DNA of 63,257 bases, counting the filler, from Atractiella rhizophila (Eukaryota), in NCBI GenBank assembly GCA_021432655.1. It is 9 parts of 7 records of this genome, joined end to end, with 100 filler letters (N's around TTAATTAATTAA, not from the genome) between each part and the next. Parts side by side here need not be neighbours in the genome. Positions count along the whole stretch, not along the records: positions 1 to 9,191 come from MU272028.1; positions 9,292 to 12,967 come from MU272029.1; 7 more parts are not named here. One strand, given 5' to 3'. Under the pieces are notes generated by a model. It was not told where the DNA came from. It ran no database searches and was given only the letters and a program-made list of their open reading frames with translations. Shown here piece after piece: positions 1 to 10,887 of this stretch. Position 1 is the first letter of the stretch. Each line of letters opens with the position of its first letter. The position numbers and the translations under genes were made by a program.

Positions 1-1238
1 TTCACTATCCTTGGATATGAAACCAGGTACTGCACGGTCCATACCATCCCCCACCAACCAATCGCGCCCGCAAACCGCAATCCCGTTCGGTCAGGTGGAT
101 GACGAAACTGTCGAACGAGAACTCAATCGCAGACATTCGCACACCCCGTCAGCAGCCAATGGCGGCGAGTTGAGAATCCCCAAACACATCACAAGCAAAT
201 CAGTCCGGCTCGAGGAGGACTTAGCAAATCTGGCCGCTTATCAGACTGGTGTTCGAGGTCTGTTCCCATTTCGTCTTGTCGATCTGACTGACCCTTCCCT
301 CAGACCTCATCTACCTACGTGGGTTATACGACGAGCTGATTGCGGACCAACTTGCATCCACCACCGGAGTAACCGGTTCGTTGGCCAAGGGTAAACGTAG
401 TTTACAGATGCTACAGAAACTAGACTACGATAAATGGTTTGAGGAGGCAGAGGTCTTAATCGAACTGGGGGATGGCAACAAAGCCTCGCATCGCGAAAGA
501 ACCACTTCTTTACTCCCCGACCCGGATGAACCCGTAGGCGTTTCTGATAGACAAGCTCAGAACCATTCGACTGTAGACTTGAACCAGGAAGGCGGGAAAG
601 AGCGCAAACGTGATATACTCGAAAATATTCTATCCCCCCGAAAAGGATCTGATATGGAAGCCACAAGTCGTCCTTGTACACCTACAAATCCGCGGCCGTT
701 CCCTCTTCAGGCTAAACCCTCACTCTCAACAATATCGTCCGTTCCGTCCCCGTCCCGAGTGGGAGATTCTCCATCGAGAAGCAAACTTCGTCGTGTCAGC
801 AGAGCAGGTATATTTGGAATTCAGCAGTTCCTAAAAACACTCAAGCTTCGAGCGAACGAGGAAAATGAAAGTTTCCCAGAGACGTATGGGCGAGAAGATT
901 CCCTTCATGCACCGTATCTCAGCGATCCCTCCTGTCAACCTCGCAAGAGCTTGTCAAACCCTCCTAGCACACCACGGGGGTCACATTCTGATGTGGATTT
1001 AGGGGAAGAATGGGATATTGTCGGGACCAGAACTGGGGCTAGCATAACGACGAGTCAACGGCACCGCACGCAATCCAGCCAGACCATTTCTCGAAGCCAG
1101 CAGCCCAAAGGCAAATTTAACATTAATACTAGTCACTTACCTGGTTTGACAAATCGAGTGTTTGAAGTAAGAAATATGTGCCAGATCATCATCAATGAGT
1201 TGCAAACCAAAAAGGATCAGCAGGCTATCCAACCTTGA
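1..1238 (+). CDS. 3' part of an uncharacterised Ser/Pro-rich fungal protein (5'-truncated by window edge)
   Basis: ORF 11-394 joins the frame of ORF 381-1238 through a GT..CAG intron at 259-303 (LAAYQTGVR/DLIYLRGLY..KWFEEAEVLIELG); stop TGA at 1236-1238. Confidence 0.6.
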
Positions 1239-1470
1239 GTCTTTGCTACCACTGTTTCCTGTCGTGTTTCCTTTTACACTATGGCTTCTACCCTTAGAAG
1301 AACATCATAATTGTATACTACTCACAACATTCTCAGAACACATTCTGTACATTCAATGGATCACTGAGGTGATGTTCTTATGGTTGACTGCAATCATGCC
1401 GTGTCGAAATTCTATGAGTGTCCATAAATAATGGGTAGTGTGAATGTACATTTTAGGTGAATCAGTATCT

Positions 1471-3067
1471 TCAACGTGAGCGTTTAAGAACCTTCCATGT
1501 GAGTTCGACGAGGGCATCTCGCGCAGTACTTTGAGGTAGGGTATCCAAAATGCAACCTCTGGCCAATGCCGCGTGGTCCTCTGCTAGCTCAAGGGTGCGC
1601 TTCGGCCCTGATGAGGCCAAGACCAGTTCTCGAGCCTATTATCGTCTTCAAAATTGCGAAAACAATCGGTTAGAATCTCACCTTCTCTACGTCTCCTGGC
1701 TTACTAAATTTGCGTTCAACCATGGGTCCCAACTCTGCATATTCTTCCCATGCGAAGAGAACTGGTGCTGTGGCGAGGCCCAGCTTTAAGTCCGCACCGT
1801 CGGACGGCTTTCCCAGGTCGGCTGCTGAAGCAGTGTAATCCAACAAGTCGTCGATCAACTGTGACCAATCTGCATCATCATCTTGTCACGAGAGCAACGT
1901 AGTCATACCTGAAATGCAATGCCCAAGTTCCTACCAAATGAAAAGGCAGCGTCCTTCACTTTTTCCCCAGCCTCCCAGCCCTGTCGGAGACCGCATCCTC
2001 CTAGAACAACGGCAGATCGCGCGGACTTAGCTATCAACGAAGCAGTCTTGAGATATGTCTTTTCCATATAGTGGTTAAATGTATCCGCTGTCAAGCCACC
2101 TGCAGTTGATCGAATAGGGATCATTGCCGAAAATTTGTCCACCCAGTTCTTTTCTTTGTGTGACTTCGCTGTATGTCCTTTCATTTGCATTACCTCACCT
2201 TCCACCAGATTGGCAATACAGCTCGCAATAAGTTCGACTACTTCATTACTCCCTAATCGACTCAGTGCCATCGAAGCTCGCGCCAACATGAAATCACCAG
2301 CAAGGATAGACAGTTTGTTGCCGAATAGTGAAGGAGACGACGGCAAATCTCTTCTTGTATCTGACTGGTCAATGACATCGTCATGGAGTAAGCTCGCCAC
2401 GTGAATCATTTCTATGATCTCCGCCAGCCGAAGTTGGGTTGGCAGGATAGTCGACGTTAACACTCCTGGTGTAAAAGTTGGGGGAACGGCTGGCTTGAGA
2501 GCAGCACTCGCCAGGGTTTGCACCGCATCCTTTGCGTGCTCAAAGGGATTCTTGCGCCAGAACGGATCGGAAGGATTGACATCCGTCAGAACGGAATGTT
2601 CGGATAGTGGTGCATCGATCGATGTCTCGCCACGCGTTGCTTGCCGCTGCGACAGAGAGAAAAAGTGGGGTGACAGACCGTTCGTTGCTTGCGCTATGAG
2701 CAGAATTATCAATGGCCTGAAATGCTTCCCCTCCGCTACAAGAGTTTGTGAATGGATACTTAACATCAGTGTAGAACACGCAGTGCTTACTCTGAAAGTA
2801 ATACTTCGCAATGGTGTCCAGTGCAGGATGCCCGCTACCGAGAAGGGTGCGCACATTGGCCCGGAGTGAACCTAGCTCGTTGGCGACAAGGCTGAAGGGA
2901 TCCAAAAATGAACTCTCTCCGGCATTCCTCCTCACTGAACTGGGACGATCGTACTTAGTGAGCGGGTTAAGGTGGTGGAGAGCATTGGACCAAGAGTGCC
3001 GCCGACAAATGACCTGAAGCTCTGTAGGTAATGTTTTGACAAGGTTGCGAGAGCGAGCGGATAACAT
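1471..3067 (-). CDS. COQ1: Mitochondrial trans-polyprenyl (hexaprenyl/decaprenyl) diphosphate synthase, spliced
   Basis: GKHFRP, EMIHVASLLHDDVID (first Asp-rich motif), KTASL, GIAFQ..DDLLD (second motif), DLKLGLATAP; presequence-like N-terminus MLSARSR; stop TGA at 1471-1473. Confidence 0.93.
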
Positions 3068-4547
3068 GAAAGCTTGCCACAGGTCAGTTAGGTGAGAATA
3101 CGCTGGACATGTGCATACAGGACGTGGATTAGGGAAATATGGCCCACCGCTTCGCCTTCACTCGTTTCGTTTCGCGTCGTGTTATGATGCAATGAATGAA
3201 TTTGAAATGACAAGATTTGATTTTGAGGCTCAACAACTGCAAAATTGAAATGCAAAAAAGGAAAACTCCCGGCAAAGTGCAACCCTTGAGTTCGTCCTCG
3301 CCGGAGAGATGCACAGATAGCATTGCCATTTTAGGACTCTGTGTTGGGAGGTTTGGAGTGTGGAAATTATGTTGCAGGCTCACATCCTCCCGGTGAGTGT
3401 CATTGTTATGTTATGCAACACTTGCATGAGCAACAACCTTGGTTCTTCATCCTCAAGCGTTGGGCTAGTGTTTGTGGGGAATGAAATCTTTGGCACTTGC
3501 CCATAGTAGTAAATACTGTCTGGAAGCGGCCATATGTTGGCATACTTAAGCAATAAATTCCTGGTTATAAGGAGCAGCACTACCTTTGCAATCAGTGATG
3601 GGCTTTTAAGGGCTAAGTGCACTGTATTTGCTATTGCCTTCTTTGCTGCTTCCTTGTGCAGGTGTTCATACACAGCACAATCTACCATGACATTGATGGT
3701 TCCTCTGCCTCTCAGCACCATGTGCATCCTTTGCTCAACTGCACTGCTCTGGTCCCACAGTGAAGTATGGCCTGGCTCAACTGCTCTACAAAATGGCACC
3801 AGTGTTGTCATTATGTGAGGCATTGCCAAGCAAGCACTAACGTGTTGGAGTGAGATTTATCCCTCTAAGACAAAAGATTGATCACTTCAGTGTATTAACA
3901 GCTGTACAGTACAAAGATGTCCACATGCTATGAGCCATGCATGAGTATGTTATCATGCAGTTTTCATCTAGTGTGGCAGGAGTAACGTACCATGATGTGT
4001 GGGTTCTTACAGTTGTTGTGTACAGAAGTCTATCTTGCAAGTGGAAGTTTTGTCACCGTGTGAAAAGGAGTTAAAATGATTCAGATTCTTCTGTACAAAG
4101 CCAGGCTGAGAAAACATGATTTCACCTTTTTTTGAGAGTTACAACTTAAAATGTGAAACCTGCCATGATGATTCCCAATTGCAAAATCCTGATTATGTGT
4201 AGAACCGGAATATGTGTCCCTTAAGGTGCGGAGAACATGTTTGGATGTCAGAGCTGTCCATCCACAGGCTCATTCGAACGTGACCTTCAATTTTCTTCAA
4301 CCCGAACTCGAATTATTTCCTCAGACTCCAACCCATATTCTCCCATACCGATTTCTGTGTTCAGCGAACAGACACCTGGATCCAGCAAACAGGTCACCAC
4401 AAGGGTTTTGCACTCAATTTTGTGGAGATTTGCGCCGCATCAGGCTGAAGTGGTTGACCTCTGACCTCAAACTCAGATATTTTTGTTGAAAGCAAAAATG
4501 TAGTAATGATTAACAATTCATTTTGAATACAATTTAGGCTGATCCAG

Positions 4548-4745
4548 TGTCTAAGAATTAGGGCAAACACTATCTGCGGTCACTGATGGGTGATGCGTCT
4601 GTAGTGGAGGTAAACCTAAGAGAATAGTATGGCATGAGAAGACTAACCTGTAGTGGAGGTAAACCTAAGAGAATACTCTAAGGTCACCACCGCTACATCT
4701 CAATGTATATATATATATGTAAAGGCACTGCCATAAACTGTAACA
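4548..4745 (-). repeat. Possible solo LTR (~200 bp) with an internal 28-bp direct repeat
   Basis: On the minus strand it runs TGTTACA...TTAGACA (TG..CA termini) with a TA run; CTGTAGTGGAGGTAAACCTAAGAGAATA occurs at 4599-4626 and 4648-4675. No TSD seen. Confidence 0.4.
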
Positions 4746-5603
4746 TATGTTTCTTGAAACATGTAAGATAACTAAATCAGGAAGGCAATAGAGGGAATAC
4801 TCGCTGAGCAGTACTAGTGAGAAAGGATGATAAGGCGAAAATGGGGACAGTGCAGACCGGCGAAATGTATAAGGTTTGCTATGCGGCGATTTGTGTGAGA
4901 AAGAGGAAAGCAGTGGACAGTGCGGGCATGAGCAAAGCGGCAACGGGTAGACAAGTGATCCTATGACGTGGTGAAGTAGGTCAGGTGACTGCATATAGTG
5001 CATTTCGGTAATGCACAGGGGCAAGCCTGATACTAGGAAATGGAATGTGTCTGTCTCTGAAGCCAAAAAAAATTAAACTAAAAGGTATAGGTATGTGGAA
5101 ACTTGAAATGTAATCACATCTTCCAACATTAATACCCAATGTGTTTTCCTGTTAAGTAGCTTGAATGTAACGTATGTGATGCTGTTGTTGCCCTGTATAA
5201 CGTGTATAACGTGTTGGATTAACCAATGAGCTAAAATAACTAGTCATTTACCAACAGTGCAGATTAACCCTTTGTACCCAAGTTCAACATAACAATGAGT
5301 GAACATTAAAAAAGTGGAGCCAAAATACTTACCTTCATATATCAAAAATACAATTTGCTATTACTTCATCATTATCTATCACATTTCGGGAGTGGGTAGG
5401 GCAAACCCAAGGCCTTAGAGCCAGCTACAACGATGTATGATCTGTAGTAAGAATGAGCAAATATTAGAAAAAGTGGAGGACAAAATATGCACCTCATCAA
5501 CATCAAAACATGCAATTTCCCATTGCTTCACCATTATCCTTCGTATTTAGACGTGAGTGCGGTAAGTGATGGGACTGAGGGCTAGATATTACTACATATA
5601 ATG

Positions 5604-8180
5604 TGTTAGTTATAGTGTGTTGTTTTGGTTATCTGCCTCTCATGACTCTTATGAGTCATCACTATGCCTGTAGTTTAGTTCTGCCTAGCACTGTTGGTGC
5701 TCACTATTGACCACCGACTACAGCTAGGTATGTCTGTCTATACTACTCTAATGTCATTATTATTGACCACCAACCACTCCTAGCCTTAGATCCTTACATG
5801 ATAGCGAGAGCTGGTGGCTAGGATTACACTTTGCCACACCCATCACCTTCTCCCTCCTCCAGACCACATTTTCACACCTCCTGCACTCAAATTTCGCTCA
5901 ATTTTGATGATCAAGACAGATCTGTGATCCTCAGACATTCCTTTACCACCTCAGGAGGTGTCTGCTTACTCAGGAATCAAGAAATATCGAAATCTATCAC
6001 CTTACCACCCACTTGCTGCCTCAAAACGCACTTTGCCACCCTGGCCTCAAACTTTGACAAATTTGGACGTAATAAGGCTTATTTTGACCGTGAAACACTG
6101 CACTACAACTTTACTAGGAATCATCTTAGTCACAATAAGCGAAAATTTTGAGATAGCCACTCCCATCGCCTTCTTCATACCCCCAAAATGCAATTTTCGA
6201 CTTTTTGAAGACAAATCTGGTCTGATGTGGACAATTTTATCGCCATCACATTCACAATAGGCTATTCTACTATCCTACAACAGATCATCTTGATCAGAAG
6301 AGTCAAAATTTCGAAATTTGCCACTATCACATCATCATCACATCATCCCCTACCTCCTTTCTCCATCACCTCAGTGGATCTTAGGACTCAACCACAGGCT
6401 CTAGGAAGATGTTTGGGATGGAAATGGCTCTTAATGGGTTGGAATTTGCTGGACTGAACAGTCTTGCTGCAGCAAAGGATGTCACTATGCCTCAAGCAAG
6501 CCTTGAGTGCAGACACTGGTGCAACTTCCCACATGTCTCCTCGTCACCATTGGTTCAGAACCTATCAGAAGAAGATTATCCCTATCAGGGTAGCAAGTGG
6601 AGAAGTGATTTGGAGTGCTGGGATTGGGAGCTTGATCTTTGAGCCAAGTTGGGGGAGAAGAAGACCACCACCTCTACCATCTCAGTTGTCCTACATGTCC
6701 CAAAGCTCTGGAACAACCTCCTGTCAGTCTTCAGGCTCACCATCTACAAGGGAATGAGGGTCTCCATCAAGCACAACAAGGTTTTCTTCTTCCAGCATCA
6801 AAAACTCTGCCTTACTGCCACTGTGGACTATAAGAATGGAAGCATGGCTGGAACACTTTATGGGAACATGCTTCCTGCTCCAGAATTCGCTGGGAATGCT
6901 TCTACACTGCCCATGGATGCTTCTCTGTGGCACAGAAGACTTGGACACCTGAATTATGAGGACATCAAGCATCTGAAGAGGAAGAGCTTGTGAATGGGAT
7001 GATTTTGGAGTTGGAGGATGGTCCAGACCCTATTTGCGAGCCATGCCTAGCTGGGAAGCAGCACAGGGTCTTTAATAAGTCAGCAGAGACTAGGGAGAAG
7101 GAGATATTGGGTAGAATCAGCTCAGACCTACATGGACCTCTTCCAGTCACTTCCAGAGAAGGATACGATATTGGGTCACCTTCATTGACGAAGCAACGAA
7201 TCATTGTACAATTGCCTTCCTCAAGAAGAAATCAGAGGCCCCAGAACTCTTCAAGACCTTTAAGAATTGGGTAGAGAATGTCACTGGAAAGAAGATCAAG
7301 AAGTTTAGAGAGGACAAGGAAGGCGGTTATTCCTCTAAAGAATTCGATCAATATCTCAAGGCCTGTGGTATCCAGCGCGAACAGACAATCAGGAACTCTC
7401 CTCACCAGAATGGCAGGGCAGAACGAGCCAATAGGACGATTCAGGAGACTATGGTCGCCATGTTTGAAGAATCTGGACTTCCACTCTTTCTCTGGCCGTC
7501 TATTGCTTCAGCGGTCGTCCACATTCGCAACAGATCTCCCTGAGCTTCGATCAACCATGCTATTCCCCACACGAAACTCACTGGACTTACTCTAACCATC
7601 TCAAGATTCAGAATCATTGGATGCACTGCCTACATTCAAGTTCAGAAAGATGAAAGGCCACACAGCTTAGGATCTCATACACGAAAATGTGCATTTATAT
7701 AGGATCTCATACACGAAAATGTGCATTTATAGACTATTCTCTTGCAGCGAAAGGGTGGGAGTTCTGGGATCCTGTTGCAAAGAAGGTCTACGTTCGAGAT
7801 GTTGCCAGATGTGATGAGAGAGAGATGCTCTGTAAGGTGAGGAAGGAGAAGATTACGTTGGAAGAGCCACAGGGAGCACTTGATGAGTGGAAGGAGCGTC
7901 AGGATCAGGTGGGAGATGGACAGAATAATGCTCCAGCCACTCCTCCAGCTAGGATTTCGCTAGATGACGACGATGAAGATGAAGATGGATGGATTCAACA
8001 GCCAGGAGCACCTCCTACACCTCAGGAACAACCCAGACCACTTAGAATACAGTCTCCAAATCGATTTCAGTGCCTTTAGGTTGAAGAAGAAAGAGAACAG
8101 TCTCCAGACCCCTGACAGGTGGTGCCTGAACGCCCTATGGTGCAGGTCACCTAGTCACCACCACCTTGCCAAACCTTAAA
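5604..8180 (+). mobile_element. Decayed Ty1/Copia LTR retrotransposon: putative 5' LTR and PBS, protease, GAG-pre-integrase and integrase; gag largely deleted, RT/RNase H absent
   Basis: TGTTAG...CTTACA (5604-5798) followed by PBS-like TGATAGCGAGAGC; ADTGATSHM protease; LWHRRLGH..CEPC zinc-binding motif; SDLHGP, FIDEAT, QNGRAERANRT integrase motifs; frameshifts and stops. Confidence 0.85.
7668..7731 (+). repeat. Perfect 32-bp tandem duplication inside the Copia integrase C-terminal region
   Basis: TAGGATCTCATACACGAAAATGTGCATTTATA at 7668-7699 and 7700-7731. Confidence 0.95.
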
Positions 8181-8271
8181 ATTGATTTGCCAGTTTTGGT
8201 CCTGCTGACTATCTGTCTGCAGAATATGTTCTAAAGCACCCTTAGATTAAAATGTACAGACAACTTTTTGA

Positions 8272-9191
8272 ATGTTCGCTTTCCTGCTGAGCAATATTTT
8301 TTTTGGAGTGGAGACAAAACCGAAAGATTTGAAGGAGCAAAAACAGTGGCAAAAGGACAGCTCCAAAGCGGCTGGAATCCTGTTCCTTAGCCTAGAAGCA
8401 ACCCAGAAAGCCCATGTCGTCTCTGTCCTTCAAGATCCAGTCAAGATCTGGTCCACCCTTCAAGACATACACCAACAGAAGCGCTCCTCAACTCGTTTCA
8501 CTGTCCTCAACACCCTCCTTGCCTTCCAGAAGAAGGAAAGCGAATCTCTGATCACCCTGTGTGCCAGAAGCGACCAGCTGCTTCTAGACTTCACCAACAC
8601 GCTCTCCAAGGACTATCCCCTTGATGATTTGAAGGAAGATCTCCAATCCTTCGCTCTCATCCGCTCCTTAGGCCCAGAATATGCTAGTTTTGTCCAGAAC
8701 ATCACCCTTATGACCTCCACTGACCTCCAATCGATCAAACAAGCGTTCTACTCAATCCAAGCCACCAAGAACTCGGAGGAAGCCATCTCCAACACTCAAA
8801 TGGCAAATCAGGCATCCAGCAGCAACAAAGGATGAGGAGGATGGTATCCCAGAGGTGGCAGAGGGGGTGGAAGAGGAGGAACTCGAGATTTTTCGCAATC
8901 TGTGTGCAACTACTGCCACAAGAAGGGCCACTTCGTCTCCCACTGCCCAGAAACTGCTTCTGGACGCAATAGGCTCGAGTTGGAGAAGTACAGATCGAAG
9001 TATGGCAAGCTGGAAGCGGTGAAGGAAGCCAAAGTCGAAGGGGAAAAGCCAGAAATTCGCTGGAGAGACCAGTTATGCAGCGGTAGATGATACCATTAGT
9101 CGCCAGAAAGCTGGGACTGACTGGGTTATCGATACAGGGGCAACTTCATCAATGACCCCACACCACCAATTCTTCAAATCCTATCAAAAAC
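8272..9191 (+). mobile_element. Second Ty1/Copia fragment: gag (UBN2-like), CCHC zinc knuckle and start of protease, cut by the contig end
   Basis: WQKDSSKAAGILFLSL..DPVKIWSTL gag; RGG-rich linker; CNYCHKKGHFVSHC knuckle; DWVIDTGATSSMT protease; in-frame TGA stops. Confidence 0.88.
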
Positions 9192-9291
9192 NNNNNNNNN
9201 NNNNNNNNNNNNNNNNNNNNNNNNNNNNNNNNNNNTTAATTAATTAANNNNNNNNNNNNNNNNNNNNNNNNNNNNNNNNNNNNNNNNNNNN
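9192..9291. other. Artificial contig linker; same 100-nt linker at 12968-13067, 24743-24842, 36511-36610, 48165-48264, 53420-53519, 57935-58034 and 60233-60332
   Basis: N run + TTAATTAATTAA (stops in all six frames) + N run; genes are cut abruptly at most of these points. Confidence 0.97.
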
Positions 9292-10728
9292 AAAGCGTTA
9301 GGGTCGAACTGGCGCCGAAGCCGGAATCGTGTTCGGACATGAGAATATGGGTATTGTTGAGGAGGTCGGGAAGGGCGTTTCGCTCTTGAAGCAAGGCGAC
9401 AGGGTGGTCATGCCATTCAACGTGGCATGTGGGAGGTGCTTGAACTGCGAAGAAGGCAGGACTGCCTTCTGTACAGTCGTGAATCCTGGTCAGTCATTTT
9501 TCTTCAAATCCATGATTAGAGGATGAATGGAGAGTGCAGGTTTCGCCGGCGGTGAGTGTGATACTATCGGTTTATGCGAGTTGACAGCCAGAAATTTCCG
9601 AATAAAGGTGCTTACGGTACGCAGTCATTTCCTCTCCTATCATCGCTTCTATTTACTTCATTTAAGGCTATGTATCAATGGGTCCATACCCTGGAGGACA
9701 AGCGCAATACATTCGAGTTCCTTACGCTGACTTCAATGCGCTGAAGCTTCCTCCTGGGAAAGAACATGAAGCTGATTTCGCACTTCTGGCCGACATCTTT
9801 CCAACCGGTGCGTTAGATTCCTCACTTGGATGCTCAAGGGGCTCATGGGGACCGGTAGGATGGCATGGCGTTGAACTTTCTGGTTTCAAACCTGGAGAAA
9901 CTATCGCTGTCTTCGGTGGAGGACCCGTGGGACTGATGGCGGCTTATTCAGCTGTCATTAGAGGTGCTTCAAAGGTGTTCCTGGTCGATCGAGTACCGGA
10001 GAGGCTGGCGAAAGCGAAGGAGATCGGCGCTACGCCGGTTGATTTCTCCAAGGTACATACACTTGTCTTTCATACTACTTAAAATGGGCTAATTAAACTT
10101 CTTACTAGGGAGATGCTGTTGACCAGATCATCAAACTCAACGGAGGGATGGTAGACCGCGGTTCGTCTCTTCGTCTCTCGTCCCCCCGCCGCCACTGATA
10201 ATTTAATAGCGGTGGATGCTGTCGGATACCAAGCGGTGAATGACGCTGGATCGAAGGAGATCCCAAATGCCGTCCTCACTTCTCTCATCAGGGTCACAAG
10301 GCCATGCGGCGGGCTTGGGATCCCAGGCTTGTATGTTCCCAAGGCATGTCCCCCAGTTTCCGCCCTTCGCGAAGCCTCAATCCCCACTGACATTTTGAAA
10401 GGACCCTGGAGCACCGGACCATACCTCTGCCAAAGGAGAAATCTTGCTTCCGTTTGGCAGCTTGTTTGAGAAAGGATTGACATTAGGAACGGGACAATGT
10501 AATGTCAAAAAGTGGAACCGATATCTCAGAGATCTCATCAGTGCGTCCTTCCCCTTCACTCTCAGCAAGTTACTTGCTGACAAAGACGGGTCAGTTTCTG
10601 GGAGAGCGAAGCCTTCGCTCGTTGTCACACACGAGATAGGAATCGATAAAGCAGTGGAGGCATATGACAAGTTTGACAGGAGAGTGGAAGGCTACACGAA
10701 AGTCTTGATCCATCCTAACGAGTGGTAA
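9292..10728 (+). CDS. Zinc-dependent medium-chain dehydrogenase, glutathione-independent formaldehyde dehydrogenase (FdhA-like) family; 5'-truncated, multi-exon
   Basis: GHENMG catalytic Zn motif; CGRCLNC..C structural Zn motif; GGQAQYIRVPYADFN, DIFPTGWHG, VFGGGPVG, DAVGYQA, GIPGLYVPKDPG, YTKVLIHP. Confidence 0.9.
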
Positions 10729-10887
10729 TTATTCAGGGAAAAAAAGGTTCAAAATTTTATTGCAGCTTGGATAAGGCCATGGTAGGCCTGTATTGATACG
10801 AAAAAGGTTACTTGTAATTTTAGCCATGTTTAAGCTTTGCCTCAGTACATAACCCTCTTGCTTTCCACACTCCGTTGAGATGTTGCT

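Noticed and set aside
4599..4675. 28-bp direct repeat with a 21-nt spacer as a CRISPR array
   Set aside because: Only two units, eukaryotic TE context and no cas genes.
9236..9247. TTAATTAATTAA as a recurring biological motif
   Set aside because: Always centred in a 100-nt N block; it is an assembly linker.
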